64,000 bases of DNA, from positions 533,200,001 to 533,264,000 of the forward strand of contig NC_067400.1 of assembly GCF_016432865.1 (NCBI RefSeq), read 5' to 3'. This DNA comes from Antechinus flavipes. Taxonomy: Eukaryota. The first letter of the stretch is position 1. Each line of letters starts with the position of its first letter. Shown one piece after another: positions 40,416 through 53,692 of the stretch. A program made the position numbers and the translations under genes. Below the pieces are notes generated by a model, which made no database searches, had not been told where the DNA came from, and saw only the letters and a list, made by a program, of their open reading frames with translations.

Positions 40416-40689
40416 CTTTGAGATACTTCCTAACAAAATTACCAGACATAAGGAATGAGAAGTCAAAGGGACCTGAGAGACTATCTAGTCTGACCTCTTC
40501 CTGAACTAGAATTCCTCCTCCATATCTCTCACAAGTGAACATCAAAGCTAGCCTGGAATATTTTCAATAAGGGAAAGACATTATCTGCCACAGAAGATTA
40601 TTCTACTTTGGGATGATGCTAATTGTTATGAAAATTGTCCTTACTCATGCAAAATCTGCCATCTCATTTATATTGTATTCTTTCTCATA

Positions 40690-40990
40690 GCAGACCATAG
40701 CGCATCCACATATGATCCTGTGTGACTTGTTCATCACCTCCAATAAATCCTCTGATGGGGTTCTCCTAACATACTGCATACCTCTTCTTGGTCTCTTGAC
40801 ATTGTATGAGTTCCAAAGTAACAAGTGGCTTGATTTATTATTCTGCACACTGTATGATCCTTGATATATGGTCCTGCTTTTCACTCTGATATTTTTGCCA
40901 GTTTTTTGAGCAATTCACCGTTATTAACATACTTCAACCTGTTTGCTTCCACCAATCATCTCTCCACTGCTCTTTGAATAAAGCCAATTT
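40690..40990 (-). mobile_element. RTE LINE 3' relic
   Basis: Minus ORF 40645-40884 contains LLLWNSYNVKRPRRG, resembling the RTE C-terminal W-x-P...KRPRGRP motif. Confidence 0.6.
40847..40927 (+). repeat. 81-bp segment duplicated exactly at 42021-42101
   Basis: acactgtatgatcc...accgttattaa, identical in both places. Confidence 0.95.
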
Positions 40991-41699
40991 TTATTTTTCA
41001 GATATTGTTATATTACATGATTCACAGTCATCAGAAAAATTTTCACAATAAAAAGATGGTCCTTCTTTTTGGTGAAAGTATATGTTTTTCAAAGTGATAT
41101 ATAGTTACTCAAATGTAATCTGACCAATTTCTTCCATTTTTGAGTTTCTCCTTGGACTTTCATTTTGTGGAGAGGCCTGGGATGGTCTACCTTCATCCCC
41201 ATGTTGGCTCTATTTCTAACTTTCTGGACTTTGCCATCATAACTGATTCAGTTGCTATCTCACATGGAACTTCCCTCAGTAGTATCCAGGGCTTCTTCAC
41301 TCTGAAACATCCTTCCATTGTGATAGCTTCCTTTGTTCATTAGTGAATTTTTCCTGAGCCCTCCATTTTGGGGACAGGCCCAGGCTGGCAAATCTTAATT
41401 CCTCTTCTGATGCCAGTTCTGACTTTCTGATACTAACTGTCATGGTTTCTTGATACTATGCCCCCAAATGTAGAAAGGTAAATGAAAAGTGAATATTTAC
41501 AAACAATTTTAATGGAACAGAGAGTTCTGTCTATCAAAAGCATCATGAAATGCCTCATGTAGTCAGTAGATTCTAAACAGATATTTGAAAAGAACTAAGG
41601 ATTTGCAAAATCAGAGGGGAAAATGGATAATAAAAATGATGATAATAGTAATCATAATCATCATGATAATAATAGCCAGATATATTTAGCTCTTTTTAA

Positions 41700-41986
41700 A
41701 GTTTCACAAAGTTTTCAACTCCATACCAAAATAACATCAAAATGGGTACATGATTTTGGTATAAAAGGTGAAATCATAAGCAGATTAAGACACTAAAATC
41801 TATCAGATCTTTGGAGAAGGGAAGAATTTATGGTCAAAAAAGAACTAGATAACATTATGAAATACAAAATGGACAAATTGTAGTTACATTAAATTAAAAA
41901 GCTTTTACATAAACAAAACCAACACAAATAAAATTAAATGGGGAATACAAAGTAGGAAAAAAATTTTCAGCCACTGTTTCTGATAA

Positions 41987-42021
<35 letters not shown>

Positions 42022-42870
42022 CACTGTATGATCCTTGATATATGGTCCTGCTTTTCACTCTGATATTTTTGCCAGTTTTTTGAGCAATTCACCGTTATTA
42101 AATTAAAATTAATCTATTGATTAGAGAAATGCAAATTAAAACAACTTTGAGGTACTGCCATATATCTCTCAGATTAGTTAAAATGACAGGAAAAGATAAT
42201 GATAAATGTTAGGGGATATGGAAAAACTGGGACACTACTGCATTGTTGGTAGAATTGTGAAATGAGCTGACAGTTCTTGAGAGTAAAAACTGTGCATACC
42301 CTTTGATCCAACAGTGGATCTTTATCCCAAGGAAATCATAAAGAAGGAAAAAGGACCCACATGTGCAAAAATGTTTGTAGCAGGTCTTTTTATGGTGGCA
42401 AATAATTGGAAATTGAGTATATGTCCATCATATGGGGAATGGTTAAACAAGTTGTGGTATATGAAAGTAATGGAATATTATTTTTCTGTAAAAAAAAAGA
42501 TGAACAAGCTGATTTTAGAAAGATCTGGAAATATTTATATGAACTGATGCTGAGCGAAACAAGCACAGCCAGAAATACATTGTGCACAGTAACAACAAGA
42601 TTGTGCAATAGTCAATTAAGAAAGAGTTGGTTAAATTCAGCAGTTCAGTGATCCAAGGCAATCCCAATAAACTATGAATAAAAAATGCCATCTGCATCCA
42701 AAAAAGAAGTATAGAGATTGAATGTAAGTTACCAAATGTTATGTTCACCTTTTTTTCTATTTTTTTTCTCTCATGGTTTTTCCTGATTGATTTAAATTTG
42801 GTTCATCAACATGATTCATAAAAAAAAAGTATTTAAAAAACTTATTATATGTACAATAAAACAATAAAAA
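41700..42870 (+). mobile_element. L1 ORF2 3' relic with an internal replacement
   Basis: ORFs 42314-42547 and 42406-42651 are L1 ORF2 end relics. About 150 bp present in the sibling copy (26780-26930) is replaced by (TA)n plus the 81-bp copy. Confidence 0.9.
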
Positions 42871-43200
42871 TGTTCACAAAATGGTTTATAAATATTATCT
42901 TATTATTGTCCTCACACAAGTTCTGAAAAATAGGTATTATTATTATTCCCATTTTTCAGATAAGCAACCTGAGACAGATAGAAGTTTAAGTGACTTGACC
43001 AGGATCATATAACAAATAATATTTAAACCAGAATATGAATTCAAATTGTCTTAATTCCAGGTCCAATGCTCTATACACTGTACCATCTAGCAGCCTAATA
43101 ATCCTAGCATTCTCCCCACTTTTGCAATTTAAGAATATCGGGAGCCTGTGAGAATGGATTAGAGAGGGAAAATCAGGAGGTAGGTAACTCAAACAAACTA

Positions 43201-44015
43201 CAGGTATACTTCTTTTATTATACTTTGCTTTATCATGCTTTGCAGATATATTTTGGATAAATTGAATATTTGTGGCAATTCTTTATTGCACTGTTATATC
43301 CACCATTTTTCCAACTACATGTGTTATTATTGTGTTCCTGTATCACATTTTGATAATTCTAACATTTCAAACTTTTTTCATAATTATTATACATATTATG
43401 GTAATCTGTGATCAGTGATGTTTGATGTTACTATTGTAATTGTTCGGAGGCACCACAAACCATGACCTTGTAAAGCTGTGAACTTAATCAATAAATGTTA
43501 TGTGTGTTCTGAGTGCTCCATTGACTGACAATTCCCTGCCACTCTCCCTCTTCACCAACTTGTCTGTTCCCTAAAATATAACAATATTGAAATTAGGTCA
43601 ATTAAAAACCCTATAATGGCCTAGGTATTCAAGTTTTTAAAAAAAGAATAAATTCATGGGACAAATTTGATTGTTGTCCTATTTTAAGAAACTGCTTCAA
43701 ACATCCCAACCTTCACCNNNNNNNNNNNNNNNNNNNNNNNNNNNNNNNNNNNNNNNNNNNNNNNNNNNNNNNNNNNNNNNNNNNNNNNNNNNNNNNNNNN
43801 NNNNNNNNNNNNNNNNNNNNNNNNNNNNNNNNNNNNNNNNNNNNNNNNNNNNNNNNNNNNNNNNNNNNNNNNNNNNNNNNNNNNNNNNNNNNNNNNTATA
43901 AACAACTTTTATATGAATTGGGAAACCAAAAAATTCATGTGAGTCGCATTATTGTTATATTTGCTTTATTGTAGTGATCTGGAATCAAACCCACAATATC
44001 TCTAAGGTATCCATA
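43201..44015 (+). mobile_element. Internally deleted Tigger1-like (pogo) DNA transposon
   Basis: Starts ta|caggtatacttc. Long match to the Tigger1 5' end (gtgatcagtgatgtttgatgttactattgtaattg; acaatattgaaattaggtcaatt) and 3' end (gggaaaccaaaaaattcatgtgagtcgc..cacaatatctctaaggtat). TA flanks. Confidence 0.9.
43718..43896. other. Assembly gap (inside Tigger1)
   Basis: N run. Confidence 1.
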
Positions 44016-44229
44016 TAAAGCAATAATCCAAGAGAATAGTTATGAAACTCAGAACTAGAGGATGGATGAAATAAATTCTGGATACATAATTAATAAGTTT
44101 TCTCAGCTCTTTGGACTTGGGGGAACAGGGAGAGAGAAGGAAGAATTTAGCAACAAGAATGTTAGAAACCTGGCTAGCAGACGGGAAAAGTGGTTTTCTC
44201 TACAGAACAAGAAAAGTTAAAAAGAGGCA

Positions 44230-45000
44230 GATTTAGTAGGAAGGATAATTCTGCTTTGGAAAGATAGAGCTTCAGAAGCCTATGGGACATCTAGGAGAAG
44301 ATATAGCCAAGCTAGGGGTGTATTGGGAATGGAGTTCAGGAGAAGAATGAGAGGTAAATATATAGATTTAGTAGAAATGATATTAAATCCATGAGGGTTA
44401 ATGATATCATAAACAACAAGAGTATAGGGAAAGAAAAAAAGGCCTTTTTTTGAGTATACCCATGCATAGCAATGAGATAACCCAATGATCCACCAAAGGC
44501 ATGGCCATAAAGAGAAATAGAAAAGAGCAATAACAATGTCTCAAAAACCCAGGGAAGAACTAGTGTCCAAGAGATAGGCTAGCTAACAGGATTAAATGCA
44601 ACATGGAGTTCAAGGACAATAAGCTCTAAGAAAAGGTCAATGGACTAAGCAATAAAAGGTTATTGGTGACCTTGAAGACTGAAATTTCTGTCTAAAGGTT
44701 AGGATAATAGATATCAAAAGTCGAATTTCCGATGGTATATAAGAAAATGGAGGCAATACTGTAGAGACTTTCTCCAGGAGTTTGACCATGAACTAAAGGG
44801 AAGCTTTAGGACCATAGCTTGAGAGAATGGCAGGCTAAGAAGAAAATTTTTAAAAAAGAGCATGTTTTTAGTTAGCAGAGAAGTCAGTGGAAAAAATATA
44901 TAAATTGGAGGGAAGGGTAAAAGAAGGAAAGTTGAAAAGGCAAGGTCCTAGAGAGTATACAGAGGAGTGGGATAGGGGGTACAAGTAGATAGCTTAGCCT
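44230..45000 (-). mobile_element. L2 relic
   Basis: Purine-rich antisense L2 text (ggttattggtgaccttgaag; agactttctccaggagtttg). Confidence 0.65.
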
Positions 45001-45104
45001 AGACAAATATAATTAGGAGATTATAAAATAAAGTTGTAGCTGTTATTACTATCACATGTCTTATAATACTCATATATGGATAATAACCACCTAGGAAGCA
45101 GAGA

Positions 45105-45871
45105 TTTTTTTTTCACAACAAAAACCCAAGATAAGTTTATTTTTAATAGCTTTTTTTTTATTTTTCCAAAAAATGCAAACATAGTTTTCAATATTTGTAA
45201 AACCTTGTGTTCCAAATTTTTATTCCTTTCTTCACCTCCACCCATAGACAGCAAGCAAACCAACATAGGTTAAACATATCATATCTTCTAAACAGATATT
45301 TATCATGCTGCACAAGAAAAATCAGATCAAAATGTGAAAGAAAAAAAAAAAACCACGAAGAAAAGCAAACAAGCAAAAAAGGTGAAAATACTATACTCTA
45401 ATCCACATTCACTCTCCATTGTTATCTGGATGCAGATGGCATTTTCCATTCCAAGTCTATTGGAATTGTTTTGAATCAATATATTGCTGAGACGAGCCAA
45501 GTTTATCACAATTTATCATCACATAATCTTGCTGTTGCTGTTACTGCGCACTATGTTCTCCTGGTTCTGTTCACTTCATTCAGCATCAATTCATATAAGT
45601 CTTTCTAGGTTTCTCTGAAATCATCCTGTTCATCCTCTCTTGTAGAACAATAGTATTCCATTACATCCATATACCGTAAGTAATTCAGCCATTCCCTATC
45701 TGATGGACATCCACTCAATTTCCAGTTCCTTGCCATTACAAAAAGGGCACATTTTTGCACATATGGGTATGTTTCCCTTTTTTTATGATCGTGTGGGGAT
45801 ACAAACCAGTAGAGACACTTTTGGATCAAAAGAGACGAACAGTTTGATAGCCCTTTGGGAATAGTTCTAAA
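45105..45871 (-). mobile_element. 5'-truncated L1
   Basis: Antisense ORF2 end and 3'UTR. TSD gaagcagaga at 45095-45104 and 45872-45881. Confidence 0.9.
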
Positions 45872-46176
45872 GAAGCAGAGAATTTTTAAGGCAGCATTTC
45901 ACTCTGCCAAATTAGCTATGGTGATCCATGAAACAAAGAAAATTACAAAATTCCCTTCTGTCTTCTGCAGCTCCCTTCTCTTTGAGTCAATCAAGCAACA
46001 AACTTTTATTAAATAAATTTATGTTCAAAGTGCTTTCCAAAATAGTAATGACAAAATAATTGAAAAGGGGCAGGGTACAAATGCTAAGAATCTAGTTTAA
46101 AAGCTGTATGGTCTGAAATTCTATCTAATAACATGAGCTTTACTATTTATACTCTAAATGTAAGAATGTTTCTCAA

Positions 46177-46193
46177 TGACCAGCAGGTGGTCA
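46177..46193 (+). promoter_or_regulatory. Candidate CTCF site
   Basis: tgaccagcaggtggtca contains the CCAGCAGGTGG core. Motif match only. Confidence 0.4.
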
Positions 46194-46229
46194 ATAATTC
46201 ATACTTCCAAAGTAAAGAAGTCATAACAA

Positions 46230-46830
46230 TCTTAACATTTTCATTATAAACAAAATGAAGCGAGAAGGAAATAACTGTTAAATGGAAGGATGGTTCTTAC
46301 ATTCTCCTTGAAGAGAGAGGGAGTGGACAGAGTTGGTTTTATCATATATTCAACATTATTTTGTGGGATATTGGTTTATCTTTAAGTACACTGCTCAGGT
46401 TAAGCAAAAGCAAAAAGACTATTAGAAAGATAATTGGATCTTCTTACCAGTCTCTATGGCAGAAGATGAAGATGTAGAGAAAATCGATTAAGGACTCAAT
46501 AAGAATCTCCAAATTAAATCAACATGTACTTTAATACTCGGTGATATAAATGCAAATGGCAAACATAGAGAACACAGGGGAAAAAATATTGGAAAATGTG
46601 GCTAGGGTCAAGAAATGAAAAGAGCCAAAGGCCTATAGATTATATAATAGACTTATGTTTATACATTATGAATTCTTTGTTGAATAAGACAGTAGGAAGA
46701 AGTTAGACATAGCAAATATTGGATCAAATTATAAAACTGACAGTGATTATATCTTAACAGACAAAAATGTCTGCTGATATGGGAATAATTTCTGAATTGG
46801 TGTCTATGTACAATGAATTGATAATTAATT
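46230..46830 (+). mobile_element. RTE LINE endonuclease-domain relic
   Basis: AP-endonuclease motifs are readable: VGFI near 46330, TLILGDINA at 46528-46554, DYIL near 46745. Confidence 0.75.
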
Positions 46831-47740
46831 TATGAAAGTATGAAGTGAGGATAAATATGCCTAGTTCTTTGGATACTTGTCAGGCAAGACCATGATGACA
46901 GGGGGAAATGGAACTGCAATCACACTTTAATTATGTATAAATATTACTGAGACAAGTGTCAAAGGAGTACAGAGGCAGACAGCATGGGGACAGGGCAGAT
47001 GGGATGGTAAAGGGAGACATGTAGTATGGGGAAAAGGAAAGGAAGGGAAGAGAGACAGAGACAATCACTCATGTAACCATAGATTAGAGTTAGAAGTACT
47101 AGGCAGTATGAACTGATAGAAATGGAAGAGGGTTGGGGGTATAGGAGTTGAGGTTTCATTTTATAGGATTTTGGAGAAACATAACTCTTATCTGTGCCAT
47201 CTTGGGATTAATTCATTAACATATGTAAATCATCTCAGAGTTTTCATTAACATTTTAAAGTTAATATTTTTACATCATCTCAAAATTATCAGCACCTTTT
47301 GGTGATTTGGTGGTCTTACTATAAATGTCTGTAACTTGTCTGAGATTTACATATCATAGGACCAAAAAGCCCCAACAGAAAAGCCTATATGGCTTTCATT
47401 GATTCAGCATATACTAACATGTGTGAATTTTGATTAATATATGATACAATTTGTAAATGTTTCTTACAGGTCACAATCTTATTTGCAATTCCATTTCCTA
47501 CTATTGTCCCTTTATAATGGCAACTTACTTAATATACTAAGTAAATGGGGAGGAGGTGATCAGAGGACCAGAACAAGATAGCAATTTTGACCTATACAGT
47601 CAGACTAATGACTTGTGAGAGAATAGACATTGGATAAGGCCTGAACCTGTGATTTCACTGATATCTCACATGAAGAAATTTCCCCTATCAATGCAAGTAG
47701 ACACTTTCTCTGCAACTCAGAGTATTAAAAGAGTTGCCTA

Positions 47741-48335
47741 AAGAAACTGGAAACTGAGTGGATGCCCATCAGTTGGAGAATGGCTGAATAAGTTATGGTA
47801 CATGAATGTTATGGAATATTATTGTTCTGTAAGGAATGATCAGCAGGATGATTTTAGAGACTTACATGAACTGATGCTGAGTGAAATGAGCAAGACCAGG
47901 AAATCACTGAACACAACATTAATATCATAGGACGATCAATTCTGATGAACATGACTATTCTCAACAATGAGATAATTCAGGCCAGTTCCAATGATCTTGT
48001 GATGAACAAAACCATCTATATCCAGAGAGAGGTCTGTGGGAACTGAGTATAGACCACATCATAGCATTTTCACTTGTTTTGCTGTTGTTTGCTTGAATTT
48101 TATTTTTTTTCCTTTCTGGTCTGATTTTTCTTAAGCAACAAGATAATTGTATAAAAATGTATGTCTATGTTGGATTTACATATATTTTGCCACGTTTAAC
48201 ATATATTGGATTACATGCTGGGGAGGGAGTAAAGAGAAGGAAGGGGAAATTGAACACAAGGTTTTGCAAGGGTCAATGTTGAAAAACTATCCTTGCATAT
48301 GTTTTGAAAATAAAATGTTGCAAATATTTTGAAAA
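47741..48335 (+). mobile_element. 5'-truncated L1 inside an older SINE/LINE tail
   Basis: TSD aaaaga(g/t)ttgccta at 47727-47740 and 48336-48349. Confidence 0.9.
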
Positions 48336-48559
48336 AAAAGATTTGCCTAGATAATTTAAGTGACTTGTCCAAGGCATACACTATACAGGTTGTTTATGAT
48401 AGAGATGGTTACTTAACCTAGGTCTTTATAGTTTTGACGTCAGATCTCTGCTATACTAGTCTGCCTCTCTATTTGTTAGAGCAAAAAGTCAAAATTAATA
48501 TCTAATTAAAAGAAAAATGAGAAAAAGATATGGCATATAATTAAAATAGCTCCAAGTGT

Positions 48560-48720
48560 ACACGACATAAAGGATGTTATCAGAAAGGATGGGCTGCTCA
48601 TGTAAGAAGAGCAAAAGATGAAAATGGATAATGTCCATACAATATCAAGATATCTAAGAAAGACTTCTATCACATTGAGTAGAATCCCTGTGAAATATTC
48701 ATGATAAAACAAGTACCAGG
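48560..48720 (+). mobile_element. RTE 3' relic
   Basis: Translates GWAAHVRRAKD, matching the RTE W-x-GHV-x-R motif. Confidence 0.6.
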
Positions 48721-49459
48721 AAAAAAAAACACACAAAATTCCAGAATGTAATTTTTTAAAGTGCCTACTAGAAAGAGACTGCAGATCTTTTGAAGGATGG
48801 TGTGAACAAATGTGAAATGGATAAAAGAAAAGATATCAACACAGCTTATTACCATTTTTATGCAAGTTTGATGTAAAGCAATTACCTTAATGAAGAATGT
48901 AAAAGAGCCCAGAAACTGACAGAAATGATTCACTCTTTAAACGTAGCTGGCCAAATAAAAAAGCATGCATCCATTAGAATATATATATATATATTCATTT
49001 CTCAGACCTTAGGAAGGACAATGATCATAGAGCATGGACCGTACATCCTCATCAGACAGTACAAAGAGCACTGATTTTGAAATTAGAGGGCCTCATCAAA
49101 TCTATTTTCAAATTGTATTTTTTCTTTCTGGGTTAACTGAGCAAGTTATTTGACCTCCATGAGTTTCAGTTTTCTCATCTGTAATATGAAAGAGTTGTTA
49201 TATTTAGCCCTAGGATTCATTTCTACCTCTAGAAATCTGACTATCATCCTATAAAAATAGAAATAGGTGAAGGAGGGGAGATGGAAAGAGTTTGTAGAAA
49301 CTTGGATGAGACCAAGTAAGACAAATTATTTCAAGAACATTTAAGGATGAAACTGATGAAAAAAGCAAAAGAGCTTTCAATATTTCCATAACAAAAAAAT
49401 TTGGCTTCATCATGGATAAACAATGGAGTTGCCATATTTGAATTCTGATATCAGCCAGA

Positions 49460-49720
49460 CATACATGCTTGTATGATGAACTATTGTTTTCAGTAGTTTC
49501 TGATTCCATGTGACTCATGGATTTTGTCAATGAAGTTTTCTTAGTAAATTTACTGGCGTAATTTGCCATTTTCTTCTCCACTTTGTCCCCACTTTATGGG
49601 GAACTAAAACAAATAAGGCTGACGTGTTCAAGGTCATGCAGATTGTAGGTGTCTGAGGCTGGTTTTGATCTCAGATCTTCCTGACTCTAGGCCAAGTACT
49701 CTATCCACAGGACCAACTAG
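49460..49720 (-). mobile_element. MAR1-type SINE
   Basis: ttttcttagtaaa..aatttgccattttcttctcc..ggtgtctgaggctggttttgatctcagatcttcctgactc. Confidence 0.75.
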
Positions 49721-51918
49721 CTGCCCACATAATGAACTACAAAATGACTAAAAAGAATAAAGCTGGACCTAAAAGACTCCTTCTAGTTTATTCCTCTTAG
49801 TATAAGTCATGCCCTATCACTCAGTGATATAAAAATAAGGGATAACTGATGAACATCCTGAATGCTATAATGGTACTCATGGAATGTCACACAAGATCCA
49901 GTCAGTTTAACCAGTGAAATTTCAGACCCATTGAAGGCTGAAAATCTTCCAAGCTAGTATAAACTGGAAAGATAGTAGACACTTGATAAATTTCTTACTA
50001 AGTGAATTATTACTCTACTAAGAACACTCATTTCCTTGATACCACAACCAATAGCCTAAAATTGAAAAGTAGCCAGACCCATTCTCTCAATTAAAATCTT
50101 CCAGAGAAGCTTACCTTACTTATGTCCAATATTCAGTGATCACTGGAGTACAGTGGACTGTGATATTTAAAGAATGGGGAATATGCCCATCAAATTTAAA
50201 AGTCCCTGTTGCAGACTTAAATCTCTCTCACTAATGTTAAGTTTATAAATTGTAGCTTCCTTCATCCTTGAGCTGCCTGTAAAAGACATAATGGTGTCAA
50301 GGAGGAAAGACAACATTTAAATTGCTGCAGGTCACAAACATTCCCAAGGTGTGCTTTGTCACAGAAGGGCAAAAGGCAGAAATTGGGATGTGCAATCTTG
50401 ATGGATTTGAAAGCTGGAAAGAACCTTGAGAATAAACGACAGGAATGGTTCCTTAGAACAGATCATCTCAATGGTAGGAAAACTACCGGTAGCAGTTACC
50501 ATAGATACTCATGAGGCAAAGGGAAAATGACCTCTCTGTTAGAAATAAACTGGGAGAAGAAATCTTTAACCTTTGCTGTTTTTTCATTAAAAAAAGTTTT
50601 GCCATAAGCTCACTGAAGGTCCATTTGTTTTTCCTTTACTCTGAAAAGCAGAAAAGTTGTCATCTTTACATCTAGCAGAAGATAGTTTTTGTTAAATACA
50701 AAATTTCAAAGGGTGGACACCAGATAACTTTCTGAATGGTTGTGGGAACTTAATACCTGTTGTCATACTTTATTCATAAAGCATGGTTCCATTATCTAAT
50801 AATTATTTATTAAACACTTCTCTAATAGGTCCAGCACTATTTTATACTATAGTGATATAAAGAAATGAAACAAAAGCATCTTACCCTACAGAAGTATTAT
50901 TAAGGAGCAGTGATTAAAATACATCTGATAATCTAAACATATGTGTATATGACATGTGAAAATGATATGCTATACATAAATAAATAAATATATACACAAA
51001 CATAAACATACATATGTAGATATACAAACACACAGAAAGTATGTGTATATGACTATATGCACACACACAAAAAGTGTTTGTATATGGGAAGGCTAGATGA
51101 TATAAGACCCCAGAGTTGTAGACAAGCAGACTTATTAGGACTGACATTCACTAGCCAATTAGACATATAGGTGTTGCAGAAGACAAAAGTACTCAGCCCA
51201 GAGTCAAGAAAACCAAAATTCAAATTTGGCCTCAGATACTTACTAGTTACATGACCTTAGACAAGTAACTTAATTTCTGTTGACCTCAGTTTTCTGATTG
51301 GGAAAATGAAGAAAATGACAGTACTGACTTTCTAGAGTTGTTGTGAAAATCAAATGAGATATTTGTAAATCACTTAGCATACTGCCTCTAAGTAGCAAAT
51401 CATTCAAAAATGCTTACTATCTGGCCATAAATGCTTGTTAAATCTTGAAATCCTTCTCCAATGGTTCATTATAGTAAAATGTTGACCTTGGATTCATAGG
51501 ATCACAGCTCTTCAGTTAAAAGTGACACCAAAGACCATCTCTCTAATCTCCTCATTTTATAGATGAGAAAACTGAGGACCAAAGAGATGAATGGAGATCT
51601 AATGGAGATGTCATTTTCCCTATGCTTCAAAAGTGTCTATGGCATAATTGTTAACATCAGGATTAGCCAGCAGCTTTCTGTTCTAAGGAACCATTCCTGC
51701 CTTTATTGTTAAGATTCTTGCTGACTTTCTGATGTCAAGAAATTGTTCATCTCAATTTCTCCCCAAATTAGGGTGAAGTGACTTGTCTCCAGATCATGGG
51801 TCAAACCCAGACTTAATCCCAAATCTTTTGACTGTGACAGCAGCAACCATTCCACTAACCCATCCTGATTTTCTCCTGTTTTCAAAAACTCAGCCTGAGG
51901 ATCATAAAGTTTAGTACT

Positions 51919-52106
51919 CAGGGTCTTAATCTGGTGCCTATGAACACAATTTTTCTCAATATTTTTTAAAATGCATTTGTTTCTTTTGTGATCCCATATG
52001 CTTTATTTTCCACATTTATGAATATTTTTCTGGCCAGGAGGGAATGGTCTATAGGCTTCATTAGACTGCCAAAGAGATCCAGGACACATAGATAAAAAAA
52101 CCCACT
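51919..52106 (+). mobile_element. hAT-Charlie MITE (decayed)
   Basis: cagggtcttaatctgg..ctataggcttcattagactgccaaagagatccaggacaca..aacccact. Confidence 0.6.
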
Positions 52107-53692
52107 CTCTAGAATTCCTGCTGAACTAGAAAGGGATCTGAGAATAGGTCCAGAAGTAGGATATTTACCTATTGTTCAAGGATCAATCTCACTAAATTTG
52201 GAAAGAATTATCATTATACAGTTGGGCACCACATAATGATATTTTAATATCATTAATAATAATAATCATTAATATCCATAATAATATAAACACACAAAGA
52301 TTGTCTCCTAAGATTGAGAGGACTTGTAATCTCTCAAATTTACTTTGTAGGAAGATATCCCACAAATGCAATAATGGATACTTAAATTGATACCCCAGGT
52401 TTAAATATAAGAGGCAGAGTGGTATAATAGTCAATCTTCAAATCCTGCCTCCAACATATGCAGATTGTGTAATTCCAGGCAAGTCATGACTTCTAAGTGA
52501 TATAGAAAATATTCTAAAACTATAAGTTACAGAGAAAGTGACAAAAATTTGTACTGGTCAAATGAATTTTCCTACCAGGGAATTCTCTATAACAACAAAA
52601 TCATACTTGTAGTCCTTATCCCTTACTACCCATAATATGAAATGATGACTTCTATGGTATAAACTGTCATATCTGAAGAAAAGAAAGATCCACATAGAAT
52701 CACCTGTCATAGGTTATAGTCATAGTCATTTAGTCATTTAAAGCTGTTTTTAATTCAAGAACAAAACTTTATAACTTTCTTTAATAAATTTTAGTTTATT
52801 ACATTCAGCTGAATTTCCATTTTCAATTTATTATAATTTATGGAATAAGACAAGCATTTTCATAACATAGTATACTTGATGAAGATGATTGCCTATGAAA
52901 CTACAAATCTATTGTGAACAATTTGCTATTTCTTTGTAATAGTTATCAAGTTTTTTTTTTTTTTAAGAACTAAATGGAACAATAGGGATCCTAACTGTAC
53001 ATATGAAAAATCAGAAACCTAAAGAAAGACTTGAGAAACAGACATATAATTGCCATAAAAAATAAAAGGAAATAAAATAACAATAACAATAAAAAAATAA
53101 ATATCTTATGTTTCCATACTGCTTTACAGCTCAGAAAAACTACTCAAATATATTATCTAATTTGATCCTCTAATAGGAATTCTGTTATTTTAATCTTTAT
53201 TCTAATGATGAGACAATTAAGTCTTAGGAAGGTCACTCTCAAGGCCTCATAGCTAATAAATATCAGGGAAAGGCTTTGAATTCAGGTCTTTGATTCCTTT
53301 TCTAGTATTTATTCCACTATGCATTGGTGGCAGCTTCTCAGAAACCCTCCCTGTGTGCTATGTAGCCTTTCCCAGTTCTCTAAGATGATAGAATTTCCCT
53401 ATGTCAGAATGATATTACATGTCAATTTTAACATCTTTCAAAATTAGGTAAGTATATTTACAACTTTACAATTTTATGCACATCCAAGTTTGCTGTATCT
53501 TTATTTGCATAGCACATTTTCATCAGAAAGCTAAAAAGTTCCTTCCAGGCATTAATTAATCTCTTCACCATCCCAGAGAGACAAGAAAGATGAGTATTAC
53601 ATTAATTTATATATTTCATTTAAATTGTACAAATATTAGGAGAATCAAATAACAAATTCATCACAGTTGGCTAATTAAAATAATGGTTTAAA

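Noticed and set aside
40645-40884. 79-aa minus ORF as a novel peptide or viral insert
   Set aside because: It is explained as a decayed RTE C-terminus.
41080-41480. Coding-looking unique stretch as a pseudogene or endogenous viral element
   Set aside because: Translations give only short unrecognised peptides. A tblastx search would be needed.
53408-53453. Plus-strand AG|gtaagt donor
   Set aside because: The upstream acceptor is weak and there is no coding signal.
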